From: Dehalococcoidia bacterium
Lineage (GTDB): Bacteria > Chloroflexota > Dehalococcoidia > Bin125
Reading direction: 5' to 3'
Assembly (NCBI GenBank): GCA_963555985.3
Contig: OY820591.1
Span: 672,001-736,000 of the forward strand
DNA length: 64,000 bases
Part shown: piece after piece, positions 46,690 through 56,665 of the stretch
Position numbering within the stretch: the stretch's first letter is position 1
How the letters are laid out: the number at the start of each line of letters is the position of its first letter
Translations under genes and position numbers: made by a program
The notes under the pieces: generated by a model
What the model was told of the DNA's origin: nothing
What the model saw: only the letters and a program-made list of their open reading frames with translations
The model's database searches: none

Positions 46690-47934
46690 ATGTCTGGTCC
46701 GTTGGACGGGATTCGCGTCTTGGAATGTTCGACCTGGGGCTTCGGCCCGATCGGCGGCATGATGCTGGGCGATCTGGGGGCCGATGTGATCAAGATTGAG
46801 TCGCCGACTCGGCCCGATGCGGCGCGCTTTGTGGAGTCTGTCGCCGGCATTCCGAACCGGATGCCCGATGGACGCTCGGCGCTGTTTGAGGCAGTGAACC
46901 GGAACAAGCGCTCGCTCGCGCTCGATCTCAAGCACCCTCGTGGTTGCGAGCTCTTTCGCGATCTGATCCGCGACACCGATGTGTTCATCGAGAACTACCG
47001 CCCCGGCACGTTCGAGAAGCTGGGGCTGACGACCGAGTCGCTCCTGGAGCTCAATCCGCGCCTGATTCATGCCGCAACTGCCGGCTACGGCTTCAAGGGT
47101 GAAGAAGCGCACTTGCCAGCGCTCGATGCGGTGGGTCAGGCACGAGGCGGATTCATGTACGCCGGTGGTTCGCCGGGCGATCCGCCCAACTGGAACACCA
47201 TGGGCATCGCCGACGTGATGGGCGCGACCTGTCTGGCCTACGGCGTATTGGCCGCGATTGCGGGACGTGAACTCAATGGCGGCCGGGGACAGCGGATTGA
47301 GATCTCCCACATCATGGCGACGATGTGGCTGTCGTTCTGGGGCGTGAGCGTGGGGATGTTGCAGGGTCTCGATTCGTGGCCGCGCTTCGACCGCACTCGT
47401 GCAGCGAATCCGCTCTGGAATCTGTACCAGTGCGGCGACGGCGAATGGCTGATGCTGGGCATTCTCGAAGCGGAGCGGGATTGGGCATCGTTCTGCCGTG
47501 CGATGCAGTTGGAGGACCTGACTGAGGACGCTCGCTTCACCACTATCGCGGCGCTCGGCGAACATTGCACTGAGTTGATCGCGATCCTGGACGAGCGCTT
47601 CGCGAGCGCGCCGAGATCGGAGTGGGAGGAGCGGCTGCGCAGCGAGCCGAACCTCATCTTCACGCGAGTCCAGCAGTTGGGTGATCTCCCCACCGACCCG
47701 GCGGTGGTGGCGAACGACTATCTGATTAACTACGACCATCGCCACTACGGCCCGGTGCCGACACTGACGCATCCGGTGCTCTTGCATGGGCAACCGGCCA
47801 GCATTCGGCGGGATGCGCCGGACCTTGGCGAGCATTCGGTCGAGGTGCTGAGCGAGCGACTGGGGCTGTCTCAGGCTGAGACGGACGTACTGATCGCCGA
47901 GGGCGTAATCGACTGCTCGGCGGCGTCAGCTTGA
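46690..47934 (+). CDS. Class III CoA-transferase (CaiB/BaiF)
   Basis: PLDGIRVLE, LGDLGADVIKIE, NRNKRSLALDLK, ENYRPG, GIAD, APDLGEH. Confidence 0.92.
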   Translation: MSGPLDGIRVLECSTWGFGPIGGMMLGDLGADVIKIESPTRPDAARFVESVAGIPNRMPDGRSALFEAVNRNKRSLALDLKHPRGCELFRDLIRDTDVFIENYRPGTFEKLGLTTESLLELNPRLIHAATAGYGFKGEEAHLPALDAVGQARGGFMYAGGSPGDPPNWNTMGIADVMGATCLAYGVLAAIAGRELNGGRGQRIEISHIMATMWLSFWGVSVGMLQGLDSWPRFDRTRAANPLWNLYQCGDGEWLMLGILEAERDWASFCRAMQLEDLTEDARFTTIAALGEHCTELIAILDERFASAPRSEWEERLRSEPNLIFTRVQQLGDLPTDPAVVANDYLINYDHRHYGPVPTLTHPVLLHGQPASIRRDAPDLGEHSVEVLSERLGLSQAETDVLIAEGVIDCSAASA

Positions 47935-47945
47935 GGGTTGCGGAA

Positions 47946-50288
47946 TCAGGGGATGGGATAGAGCGTGTCCCCGCTCTGGAGCGTGAAGTCCTTCGAGCCT
48001 GGTGCAGCCTCGCCGTCGTGATCGATCGCATAGCCGGTCCAGGTGTTATCGGTCCTGGTCCAAACTCCGATAATGCCGGCAGCGCGCAGGCGCGGGACAA
48101 GCAGTGAAGCGAAGCCCTTCGCACCCAACCAGACGGCTCGACCGTCGGGCACCCGATCTGAGATTAGAGGACTGCCGCCGTCGCGCCGGGGCGCGTGACT
48201 GCGCAAGATCTCGGCCTCGATCACCTCGCCGTTGTTGGTTGAGGCCACCAGTACTGCCTCGCCGCCTTGATTGACGCCAAACCAGCGGGTGGCGAGTCCC
48301 TGATCGGTGACGATGTTCGGCTCATCGACGCCGACGAGGACATGCGCATTCAGGGATTCGATGCGAACGGGTAGACCATTGGCGACCAGTTGAGACTGGG
48401 CGTCGGCAATGCGGGCGCTGACGGTGATGATCTGACCGATGCGGGAGCCGCTTGCGGGGTTGGTGTTCATGGTGATCTGAGTGGGTGGTCCGCTGACGGT
48501 CAAGGCGCGCTGAGCGCTGAGGTTGCCGCTGCGCGCTTGCAAGATGTAGGTGCCGGGCTCGAGGCTGTTGTCTTCGCCTGCGCGGGTGATGAGGATGAGG
48601 GCGTCGCCTCGCTGTTGGGCTTGGATCTGCGCGGCGCCGATCGTCTCCTGGTTTGGCCCGACGATGCTGAATCGCAAATTGGTCGGCGCGGTGGCAACGC
48701 CTCTGAGATCGTGGGCGGAGAGCTTGATCGTGACCGGGTCTGCACCGCGGATGTAGTGCAGGCTCCCGTCGGGCTGGCCGAGGCTGAGTGCAACGGCAAC
48801 GCCGCTGAAGTCGATCCGCAGAGGCGTGGTACCCAAGTTGTCGCCTCCGTCAAGCACACCGACCAGGGCTCGGACTTCGGCCGAGCCTTCTGAGTCGGCG
48901 GTGAGGACAAGGTCGATTGAGCCGGTTTGCTCCGGGTCGAGGCGGCTGAGGCGCTGGCCGCTGAGATTGCAACTGGATTCGCAGGCGCCGCCCTTGACGA
49001 AGTGGAGCGAACCCCTGGACGTGGTGATGATGATGGCGTTGATCTGTCTGGGGTTGCTGGGGTCGCCGTTGGCGTTGTGGATGCTCAGGCGGATGCGCGT
49101 TTGCCCGCCTTGAGCGGGGATGATCGAGGGTTGGTTCTCGATCAGTTCCAAGGTGACGGTGGCCACTTCTCGCTGCTCGGAGACGTGCAGTGTGCGCGAG
49201 CCGGGAGCGGTGTCGAACTCCTCCCAGTGCACGGTTTCGGTGTAGTTGGCTCCTGCTTCGCTGACGCTGTAGCTCAAGCTCAGGCCGAGCAAGCGGGCGT
49301 TGCCGGAGACGCGGTATGCGCCCAGGGGGAGTTCGTAGGGCACGAGGGCGCGGGCTTGATAGCCGCTCAGCTCGCAGCGCCAGCGGTTGGAACGGGCTGA
49401 GGCGCGCCGGCAGGAGCCGGTTGACAGGCCGCCGAGGCCTGACTTTTCGATTTCCAGACCGTCCGATCCCAAAAGCCGGGGCACTTCAACTCGCCCGTAG
49501 GCGTCGAGCCGCAGTTTCAGATTCGAGATGGTCTCTCCGGCGCGGGCGGCGAAGGTGAACTCCAGGCTCAGCCCGATCCGGGCACCGCCGATGCCGTCGG
49601 AGCCGAAGCCGGGGGCGACGTGTCCGTCGGAGTCATCGGGGAAGCTGAGATAGAGGCGCAGGTCGCTGATCCGCTCGGTTTCGCCGACGGTGAGAGTGAC
49701 GGCGGCGGTGAAGCTGAGCCGTTCGAGCTCCTGCGCGAGGATGGGGATGTTGGGCTGGTTGGCTCGATAGAGGCCGAAGCTGTCGAGCGTGGCTCGCACC
49801 GTGATCTGGCCGCTGGCATCGGCCGCGAGTTTCAGGGGCGGTACGGAGAGATGGTCACGTTTGATTTTGATAGTGCAAGACCAGCCGTTGCCTGACTGAC
49901 AAGAGCGCTCGGCGCTGGAGAGGGAGAGCGGGACGCTGCGCCGGGTTTCTCCGCCGAGGTGGTCGTCAAAGGTAGCTCCGTCGCCTTCGATTTCGAGCTG
50001 GAGGGTGGGGACGCGCATGGCTGCGCCGCTGCCGGAGAGACGTTGCTCGACAGTGAGATCGGCATCGAGCTCGAGCTGGATTCCGCTGACGCCGGGTGGG
50101 AAGTGGCCGTCGGACTGGTTGGCGAATGCGAGCGTGATCTCGCCGGAAGTGGAGAGGCTGGTCGGGGTGGGAGCCGTTTGCGCACTGCTTTGCGGCCAGA
50201 GCGGTGAGACGCCCGCTCCAAGTGCGGCGACGAGGGCGCAGAGCACTGCCATGAGGCCGATGGCGGCAGTGCGGAAGGGATGCGACAT
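47946..50288 (-). CDS. Secreted Ig-like surface protein with the Trp-rich C-terminal domain
   Basis: Signal peptide; LSFPDDSDG, LSIHNANG.PS and VSGPPTQI modules paralogous to 33530; C-terminal W..W..PGSKDFTLQSGDTLY. Confidence 0.68.
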   Translation of the reverse strand: MSHPFRTAAIGLMAVLCALVAALGAGVSPLWPQSSAQTAPTPTSLSTSGEITLAFANQSDGHFPPGVSGIQLELDADLTVEQRLSGSGAAMRVPTLQLEIEGDGATFDDHLGGETRRSVPLSLSSAERSCQSGNGWSCTIKIKRDHLSVPPLKLAADASGQITVRATLDSFGLYRANQPNIPILAQELERLSFTAAVTLTVGETERISDLRLYLSFPDDSDGHVAPGFGSDGIGGARIGLSLEFTFAARAGETISNLKLRLDAYGRVEVPRLLGSDGLEIEKSGLGGLSTGSCRRASARSNRWRCELSGYQARALVPYELPLGAYRVSGNARLLGLSLSYSVSEAGANYTETVHWEEFDTAPGSRTLHVSEQREVATVTLELIENQPSIIPAQGGQTRIRLSIHNANGDPSNPRQINAIIITTSRGSLHFVKGGACESSCNLSGQRLSRLDPEQTGSIDLVLTADSEGSAEVRALVGVLDGGDNLGTTPLRIDFSGVAVALSLGQPDGSLHYIRGADPVTIKLSAHDLRGVATAPTNLRFSIVGPNQETIGAAQIQAQQRGDALILITRAGEDNSLEPGTYILQARSGNLSAQRALTVSGPPTQITMNTNPASGSRIGQIITVSARIADAQSQLVANGLPVRIESLNAHVLVGVDEPNIVTDQGLATRWFGVNQGGEAVLVASTNNGEVIEAEILRSHAPRRDGGSPLISDRVPDGRAVWLGAKGFASLLVPRLRAAGIIGVWTRTDNTWTGYAIDHDGEAAPGSKDFTLQSGDTLYPIP

Positions 50289-50524
50289 ACGGCGTCTCGG
50301 TCGGTTCGAGCCCGGGAGTGCTGCGTGTCATAACGCATGGTGCGGCTTGCTCTCACTGTGGCGGAAACACCGCCGCCGCGCTACTCGCTGCGAGTGCGGG
50401 AGTGGCGCGGCGGTGGATTGATGTGTTGGTTTGCTCTGTGAAAGGTCTGTTGGATCTCCTCTGTCGATGCAAGCTCTCTCGCCCAAGGCTTGAGCCAGCA
50501 GCCGGCCTCAGTGCTGCTCGCATC

Positions 50525-50554
50525 GAGATACCCGCGACAAGCGCGGGTATGACG
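50525..50554. repeat. CGTC-type palindromic repeat (GAGATACCCGCG..CGCGGGTATGACG)
   Basis: Same family as 5959, 52907 and 53075. Confidence 0.8.
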
Positions 50555-50575
50555 AAGTGGGAAACGCGAACGTCT

Positions 50576-51802
50576 CTAGCGGCCGATGACGAGGGAGACG
50601 GAGGTGGTACCGCTGCCGCCGATGTTGAGAGTGGCGGCGCGACTTGCGTCTTGGACCTGGTAGTCGCCGGCATTGTTCGTGACCTGCTTCCAGGCGTCGA
50701 GCGCCTGGCGGACGCCGGTCGCGCCGACCGGGTGGCCGCCGCCGATCAGACCGCCGGAGGGGTTCATCGGGATGTCGCCGTCGAAGTCGATGCGGCCGTC
50801 CTCGATGGCCTCGAAGCTGCGGCCCGGCTCGGTCAGGCCGAAGTGGTCGATGGCCATGTAGTGCGAGGTGGTGAAGCAGTCGTGGGTCTCGATCACGTCG
50901 AGTTGTTCGGGGCCGTCAATGCCGGCGCGATCGTACGCATCGGTGATGGCGCGGCGGGTGTGCGGGAGCACGTAGGAGTCGCCGGCGGCCTGAGCGATCT
51001 TCTCGTCGAAGGTGAGAGCGGCGGTGCGGTGTCCCCAACCCTGGATTGTGGGTACATCGGCGAGGTCGATGCCGCGACGCTCGGCCCACTCTGCTGCGCG
51101 CTCCTCGTTGGCGAGCACGAGCGCGGCCGCGCCGTCGGTGATCTGCGAGCAGTCGCGGAGCAGCAGACGCCCCGTGATCGGCATCGTGTACTTGCCCTCG
51201 TTGAGGTCGGCGCGGGCGTCTCCGAGCCAACTGCGGGTCTGGGCGGCGGGGTTGCGCTGGGCGTTCTCGTAGTTGAGTTCGGCTAGTCGCTGGAGGTGGG
51301 CGGGGTCGAGTCCGTAGCGGTCGTCGTAGACGTCGCCGAGGCGGCCGAAGAGCTTGGGGAAGGGGAGTTCGACGCCCTGGGCTTCCAGCTCGTACCAGCC
51401 GGCGGTACCGAGGAAGTCGCCGCCCTCGACCGGAGAGACGGTCTTCATCTGTTCGACGCCGAGGATGAGGGCGGTGCCGTAGCGCTCGGCTTCGAGTTCG
51501 GCCGAGGCCATGAGGATGGAGATCGAGCCGGAGGCGCAGGCGGCCTCGTGGCGGGAGGTGGGCAGACCGCCGAAGTCGGGGTTGATTTCGGCGAAGAAGC
51601 CGCCGAGTTGTCCCTGTTTGGCGTAGAGCTCGCCGGCGAAGTTGCCGACATGGGCGGTGTCGATGTCGCCTGGTTCCATTTCGCAGACATCGAGCGCGCC
51701 GTGCACGGCCTCGGCCATGACATCGCGCAGGTTGTGTTCTTCCTTGCGCCAGTTGCGGGCGAAGTCGGTCTGGTATCCGCCGAGGATGTAGGTCTTAGAC
51801 AT
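50576..51802 (-). CDS. Acetyl-CoA acetyltransferase (SCP2/thiolase family)
   Basis: EAACASG, DCSQITDGAA, ETHDCF, NPSGGLIGGGHPVGATG, LNIGGS. Confidence 0.9.
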   Translation of the reverse strand: MSKTYILGGYQTDFARNWRKEEHNLRDVMAEAVHGALDVCEMEPGDIDTAHVGNFAGELYAKQGQLGGFFAEINPDFGGLPTSRHEAACASGSISILMASAELEAERYGTALILGVEQMKTVSPVEGGDFLGTAGWYELEAQGVELPFPKLFGRLGDVYDDRYGLDPAHLQRLAELNYENAQRNPAAQTRSWLGDARADLNEGKYTMPITGRLLLRDCSQITDGAAALVLANEERAAEWAERRGIDLADVPTIQGWGHRTAALTFDEKIAQAAGDSYVLPHTRRAITDAYDRAGIDGPEQLDVIETHDCFTTSHYMAIDHFGLTEPGRSFEAIEDGRIDFDGDIPMNPSGGLIGGGHPVGATGVRQALDAWKQVTNNAGDYQVQDASRAATLNIGGSGTTSVSLVIGR

Positions 51803-51838
51803 GGTGACTCCTAGGTCGTTGCGGTTGTTGGCAGAGTA

Positions 51839-52189
51839 TCAGGGCAGCGCCTCGAGTTTGTTGATGAAGCGACGCACATCGCCGAGGCCGCGCGAAACTA
51901 CGTCGGGGTTGTCCCAGTCTTCGTAGAAGTTGACGTGGAGCAGATTTGCACTGCGGAACAGGAGGCGAATTTCGTCGTCGCTCGTTTCGTCGACCAGCCG
52001 CGTGACGGCCCGATACAGAGCTGCGTGTGTTCGATGCGGCCAGTCTCGTTGTTCGCAGACGGCTTTGACCGCCTGCGCGGCCGCTCCCCAGCCCTTCTCC
52101 GAAGCCTGGCGCGTATCGCCCTCGGCGAGTTCGGACTCAGCCTGGGCGAGTAGGTGGAGGCTGGCCTCTTGGTAGGTCTGGGTAGTCAT
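51839..52189 (-). CDS. PaREP1-family (HEPN-like) protein, paralogue of 44525-44875
   Basis: [31 protein letters not shown]. Confidence 0.8.
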   Translation of the reverse strand: MTTQTYQEASLHLLAQAESELAEGDTRQASEKGWGAAAQAVKAVCEQRDWPHRTHAALYRAVTRLVDETSDDEIRLLFRSANLLHVNFYEDWDNPDVVSRGLGDVRRFINKLEALP

Positions 52190-52351
52190 GGGTGATGCTC
52201 CTGGGCCTCAGTGTAGGCGGGTGGGCTTGTCGCACAGGCGGGGTGCATTGTCCGAATTGCGGGCACGGTAGGGACTGGGCGGTCGCGATTCGCGGCCTCG
52301 CGGGGCTGTGAGAAAAAAACGAGGTGGGGTTTGCCGCTTGCGGTCGGGGGA

Positions 52352-52708
52352 TTACGGCGGCTCTTCCTCTTCCTCGAGGCTGTCGTCGTCGTCCGGCAGG
52401 GGCACGTCTTCGCCGCGCATCAGGGCCACGGCGATGGCGTGGGGATGGAGGTGGAGTTCCTTCTTCTGCTCGGGCGTAAGGGGTGCTTCGGGCAGGCGGG
52501 GGGAGTGGTTGGCTCGGGGTTTGGGCGCGGGTTCGGGATGGGGTTCGAGGTCGAGGGCGTGGTGGATCTCGCGGCTCTTGGAGTTGGAGGGGGAGAGTTC
52601 GCGGATGAGGAGGGCGAGCGCTTTGATGCGGACGTGGCCGGCTTCGTCGGAGTGGGCGAGTTGGCCGACGCCGGTCATGCTGGACTGGTAGGTGTAATCG
52701 AAGGGCAT
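52352..52708 (-). CDS. Small hypothetical protein with an acidic tail, paralogue of 5618-5833
   Basis: MPFDYTY..VRIKALALLIRELSPSNSKSREI; AAAGGAA RBS; conserved upstream region. Confidence 0.7.
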   Translation of the reverse strand: MPFDYTYQSSMTGVGQLAHSDEAGHVRIKALALLIRELSPSNSKSREIHHALDLEPHPEPAPKPRANHSPRLPEAPLTPEQKKELHLHPHAIAVALMRGEDVPLPDDDDSLEEEEEPP

Positions 52709-52826
52709 GGCGGGGTGTTCCTTTCTTGGGAACCTACGTTTTGGATAGGTGAGTTTATATGTTCTGATGTTCGGGTTGCAAACTGGTTGGGTGTGTTGTG
52801 GTTGTCGTTGGGGTGGTTTGGGGAGT

Positions 52827-53151
52827 CCCCCCCTCTGCCTACGGCATCTCCCCCCGCAAGGGGGGAGAGGGGATAAGGGAGGGGGAAGGTTGGTAGTGCT
52901 CACATCGAGATACCCGCGACGGAGCGCGGGTATGACGGAGTTTTTGGCAGGTATAGCGGTGTTGCGGGCGTTTGTGCTGGGTGTGGTGCTTCACCCCCTC
53001 TGTCACTTCGTGACATCTCCCCCCAAGGGGGAGATTTTGGGGAGGTGGGGTGAGGGTTGGGTACTGGTCACGGCGAGATACCCGCGACGGGGCGCGGGTA
53101 TGACGGAGCTCTGGGCGCGGGTATGACGGTCTTGATTTACGCAAAGGTCTC
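52827..53151. repeat. Cluster of palindromic repeats ending in a MITE-type TIR
   Basis: Double hairpins at 52827-52868 and 52994-53034; GAGATACCCGCG palindromes at 52907 and 53075; TTACGCAAAGGTCTC at 53137-53151; 53052-53107 differs from 5936-5991 by one base. Confidence 0.8.
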
Positions 53152-53218
53152 CGGTGGGGAGAGATCGATTGAGCGTTACGCTCCGGTGTTGGTCTGGCGT
53201 GGGTGGATGGGGATGGGT

Positions 53219-54034
53219 CTAGTAGCCGCGGAACTGAGGCGCCCGCTTCTCGCGCCAGCTGAGGCGGCCTTCGTTTGCGTCTTCGGTCTGGCGGTAGCGG
53301 TCGGAGACTTCGACTTCTCTGGCCAGCGTGTCGCGGAGGGAGTGCTCGGAGGCGTAGTCGATCATCTCTTTGAAGGCGGAGGCGTTGAGGGTTGGGAGGC
53401 CGGCGAGGTTGGAGATGTACTTGTCCGCTTCGGCGTCGAAGTCTTCGAGCGGCCAGACGCGGTTGGCCCAACCGGATTGGAGCGCTTCTTCGGCGAACAT
53501 GTGGCGGCCGGTGATGAGCAGTTCGAGCGCGCGGCCGCGGCCCATGATGCGGGGCGCGAACCAGGTGGTGCCGCCGTTCATGCCGATCGCGCGCTGGACG
53601 CGGTGGTCGCCGACCTCGATGTTGTCGGCGCAGAGGCGGATATCGCAGGCGCAGGCGAGCTCCCAGCCGTGTCCTAGGGCCCAGCCGTTGACCAGCGCGA
53701 TCACCGGCTTCTTGAGCGCGCGGAGCGAGAGCAGGAAGGGATGGTGGACGGTGATCGAGGAGTCAATGCCGCTGGGTTCCATTCCGTAGAGGTCGTCGCC
53801 TGAGCAGAAGGCCAGTTGACCGGCTCCGCGCAGAGTGACGACGCGGACGTCGGGGCGGGCGGCGGCGAAGTCGATTAGCGCTTGGAGTTCGTGCAGCAGG
53901 CGGAAGGAGAGCGCATTGAGGCGTTCGGGACGATTGAGCGTGATCGCGAGCACGCCTTCGGCGGTGATGTCCCAGATGGTGACGGCCCATTCACCGTCGG
54001 CGAGTGGGGTAGGCGCGTCGGGGATGCTGGACAT
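53219..54034 (-). CDS. Enoyl-CoA hydratase/isomerase family
   Basis: LNRPERLNAL, FCSGDD, NGWALG.GWELACACD, REKRAPQF. Confidence 0.88.
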   Translation of the reverse strand: MSSIPDAPTPLADGEWAVTIWDITAEGVLAITLNRPERLNALSFRLLHELQALIDFAAARPDVRVVTLRGAGQLAFCSGDDLYGMEPSGIDSSITVHHPFLLSLRALKKPVIALVNGWALGHGWELACACDIRLCADNIEVGDHRVQRAIGMNGGTTWFAPRIMGRGRALELLITGRHMFAEEALQSGWANRVWPLEDFDAEADKYISNLAGLPTLNASAFKEMIDYASEHSLRDTLAREVEVSDRYRQTEDANEGRLSWREKRAPQFRGY

Positions 54035-54214
54035 AATTGTTCCTCTCGGCGTTGCTATCTGGTGACGGACAGTATCGCGGAAACAGCGGGTGAACTGGAT
54101 GTTACCGCGCTCGTACTCTCAAGACGGAGCGGTGCAATACGCAATGGCTCGGGGTTCACCGGTACCGACGGAGCTAGACCGCCGAGAAGTTGCCGCCGCC
54201 AGAGAGAGCATTCC

Positions 54215-54886
54215 ATGATTCTGACGCAGGCATTGTCGAGGCGGCGGGGAGTGGCGCTTGCCGCGTTGACGCTGATCGCGACGGCGATGCTGCTGGCCCT
54301 GCCGAGCCTGAGTTTGGCCCAGTCGGCAGAGGAAGAGGAGCCGCAGCCGCAGCCGGCCTACCGCTTCTATGGATTCGCGGGCAGCGTGACGATCGACGGG
54401 GAGGCGGCGCCGGACGGGACGGTGATTGAGGCGTGGACGAACGGCGAGATTGTCGGCACAGGCACGGTGCGTGAGGGCGCTTGGAACGTCGATGTGGATT
54501 ACCTGCTGGGCGGGATCCGGTTCACCGTCAACGGCTTGCCGGATACGGGCGGTCCGCATGATGCGCTGATGCGGGGCGGACAGGCGATGATCGAGCTTGC
54601 GGCGGTGACGCCGGAGCCTGAACCGACGTGTCCCGAGGCGGACACGATGGAATCCGGCGAAGAGCCGGCAGCGAACGATGAGCTGATGTCGGAGGACTGT
54701 CCTGAGGAAACGGCCGCTGATCTGGAGGAAGAGACGACGCTCGGGTTCCCGAACAGCGGCAATGCCGGCCTGAGCGGCGGCGCAGTGAGCACGACGCTCG
54801 TGGTTGGGATTGTGCTGGGCGTTGCCGCGCTCGGCGCCGCGGCCGGCGTCGCGTGGCGGCGGACGAAGACCGCCGTTCGCGTATGA
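54215..54886 (+). CDS. Secreted RFYG-domain protein with a sortase-like tail
   Basis: Signal peptide, QPAYRFYG..IDGEAAPDGT, FPNSGNAGL + TM + RRTK. Confidence 0.72.
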   Translation: MILTQALSRRRGVALAALTLIATAMLLALPSLSLAQSAEEEEPQPQPAYRFYGFAGSVTIDGEAAPDGTVIEAWTNGEIVGTGTVREGAWNVDVDYLLGGIRFTVNGLPDTGGPHDALMRGGQAMIELAAVTPEPEPTCPEADTMESGEEPAANDELMSEDCPEETAADLEEETTLGFPNSGNAGLSGGAVSTTLVVGIVLGVAALGAAAGVAWRRTKTAVRV

Positions 54887-54991
54887 CGCGACCGTAAATC
54901 TTCAGTCTCCGGTCGCACGGCGGCGCCGATCGCAGCGTGGCGGCTACGGTCAGTGCATACACTCGTATATGTGAGCACCATGATCTGGGCG

Positions 54992-56638
54992 ATGTCGGTG
55001 ATCGGCGTCCTCTTCCCGCTCCGACGCCGGACATGCGCGCCGATATGCGCGGTGTTGGTCGCAGTGGCCGGGGCGACGCTGGCGACGGCTGTTGCGTTCC
55101 AGGGCGCGATTCGGGTCAGCGCGGATCCAGCGCAGCTCTCCGCGCAGGGCGGGCGGTCGCAGATCGTGGTGCAACTCCCCGCCACCGCTGCAAACGGCGA
55201 GACCCACGTCACGCTGACGACGGACCTGGGAGCGTTCACGGCCGACAGCGGTCCCCAGCGGCTGGATGCGCAGCTTTCGCCCGCAGGCACGACTGGTCTT
55301 CTGCGCGCGTCGGCCGTCTTGGTTGGCGACGGCCGGGCCGGCCTCTCGGTGGTCACGGCGCGTGTCGGCGATCTGTTCGATACCGTCACCGTGCGGTTCA
55401 TTGGCCCTGCGGCCGACCTGATACAGCGCACGCCGACAGTCGAGCATCCACTCGACGCGCTGCGGACGCACCAGATCAGCGTCGAGGTTCATGATACGAA
55501 CGACTACGCGGTCTCGGGCGCGGACATCGTTTTCCGGATCGTAGAGGCTGGGGCGGGGGCGGAATTGCGGAGCGGAGCGCGAGCCGAGTCTGAGCAGATG
55601 ACGGTAGTGAGCAATGCGCTCGGGATCGCGTCTGTGCGCTTATCGGGCGCGCCGGGCACCGTGCGGCTGCAAGCCTCCAGCGGCTCCGCGAGGCTTGAGA
55701 TCCGCCTGGAGCTACATGGTGAGCCTGCCAGCCTGCGCCTGATTGGTCTAGATGGGGAAACAATTGGGAGCGGCACAGAGGGCGCGGTCGGCTCTTTGCA
55801 AGCGTTGTTGGTGGACCGCAGCGGTCGGAGCGCTCCGAATCAACGAATCAGTTTTGAGACGACCAGCGGCGGCCCGTCGGTCGTCGCCGACGGGGAGGGT
55901 GAATCGTTCGTGACGGACGGCGGCGGTCGGGCGCGATTCCATCTTGATGCGACCGATGCGCAGTTGGGCAAGCACACGATCACGGGGCGCTGGTCGCGCG
56001 GCGGCAGGACCCTGAGCGACAGCATTGAGATCGTCGTCTCCGGGCGGCCGGCGGCGCTCTACCTGACTGCGCAGGCGGTGGTGAGCGAGATCGCGGATCC
56101 GATCACGGGTCTGCTCTCGAACGTGAGCCGCTATCAGGTGTACGCGCAGGTGGTCGATTCAAGCGGGCAGCCTGTCGCGGGGAGTTGGGAAGTGCGCTGG
56201 CGGCCGCTGGTGTCGGGCGCGCGGGTCTCGGCTACGCCCGAGGTGAGTTCGACGCGGAACGGTACTGCTTCCTCGACGTTCACATTGCATCACGACGGGA
56301 GCGGGCCTGATCTGAGCAGCGTGCAGGCGCAGGCGTGGCTGATCGAAGCGGCTCAAGTGAACAGCCGAGGCGCGATTGCGGACCTGGTGAGCTCCGGTCT
56401 GCCGCTGCGAACTGGCTGGAATGTCGTGACCTGGCGGGGCGAAACAGTTGCGGTCAGCGAAGCGTTGGCGCCGATCGCACATGCGACGCGGGCGGTCTGG
56501 CGGCAGTCTGCCGAGGGCGATTGGGAGGTCTGGTTCACGGAATCGGTGCCGGGGAAGACGGATTTCATGCTGGGGAATGGAGATCGGATCTTCATTGTGC
56601 TGCACAGTGCAGCTCGCTTGCAGCACGTTGAGCGGTAG
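54992..56638 (+). CDS. Secreted invasin/Big-like Ig-domain protein with the Trp-rich C-terminal domain
   Basis: Signal peptide, repeated G.PA.L..V.D..G..V modules, LRTGWNVVTW..VWR..W..PGKTDF.LGNGD; start uncertain. Confidence 0.68.
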   Translation: MSVIGVLFPLRRRTCAPICAVLVAVAGATLATAVAFQGAIRVSADPAQLSAQGGRSQIVVQLPATAANGETHVTLTTDLGAFTADSGPQRLDAQLSPAGTTGLLRASAVLVGDGRAGLSVVTARVGDLFDTVTVRFIGPAADLIQRTPTVEHPLDALRTHQISVEVHDTNDYAVSGADIVFRIVEAGAGAELRSGARAESEQMTVVSNALGIASVRLSGAPGTVRLQASSGSARLEIRLELHGEPASLRLIGLDGETIGSGTEGAVGSLQALLVDRSGRSAPNQRISFETTSGGPSVVADGEGESFVTDGGGRARFHLDATDAQLGKHTITGRWSRGGRTLSDSIEIVVSGRPAALYLTAQAVVSEIADPITGLLSNVSRYQVYAQVVDSSGQPVAGSWEVRWRPLVSGARVSATPEVSSTRNGTASSTFTLHHDGSGPDLSSVQAQAWLIEAAQVNSRGAIADLVSSGLPLRTGWNVVTWRGETVAVSEALAPIAHATRAVWRQSAEGDWEVWFTESVPGKTDFMLGNGDRIFIVLHSAARLQHVER

Positions 56639-56665
56639 TTTTCGGGCGGGGCGTAGAGTGCGGGC

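Noticed and set aside
52755-52775. LexA/SOS box upstream of the small gene family
   Set aside because: Only GAACAT half-sites in direct orientation; the GAAC-N4-GTTC palindrome is not present.
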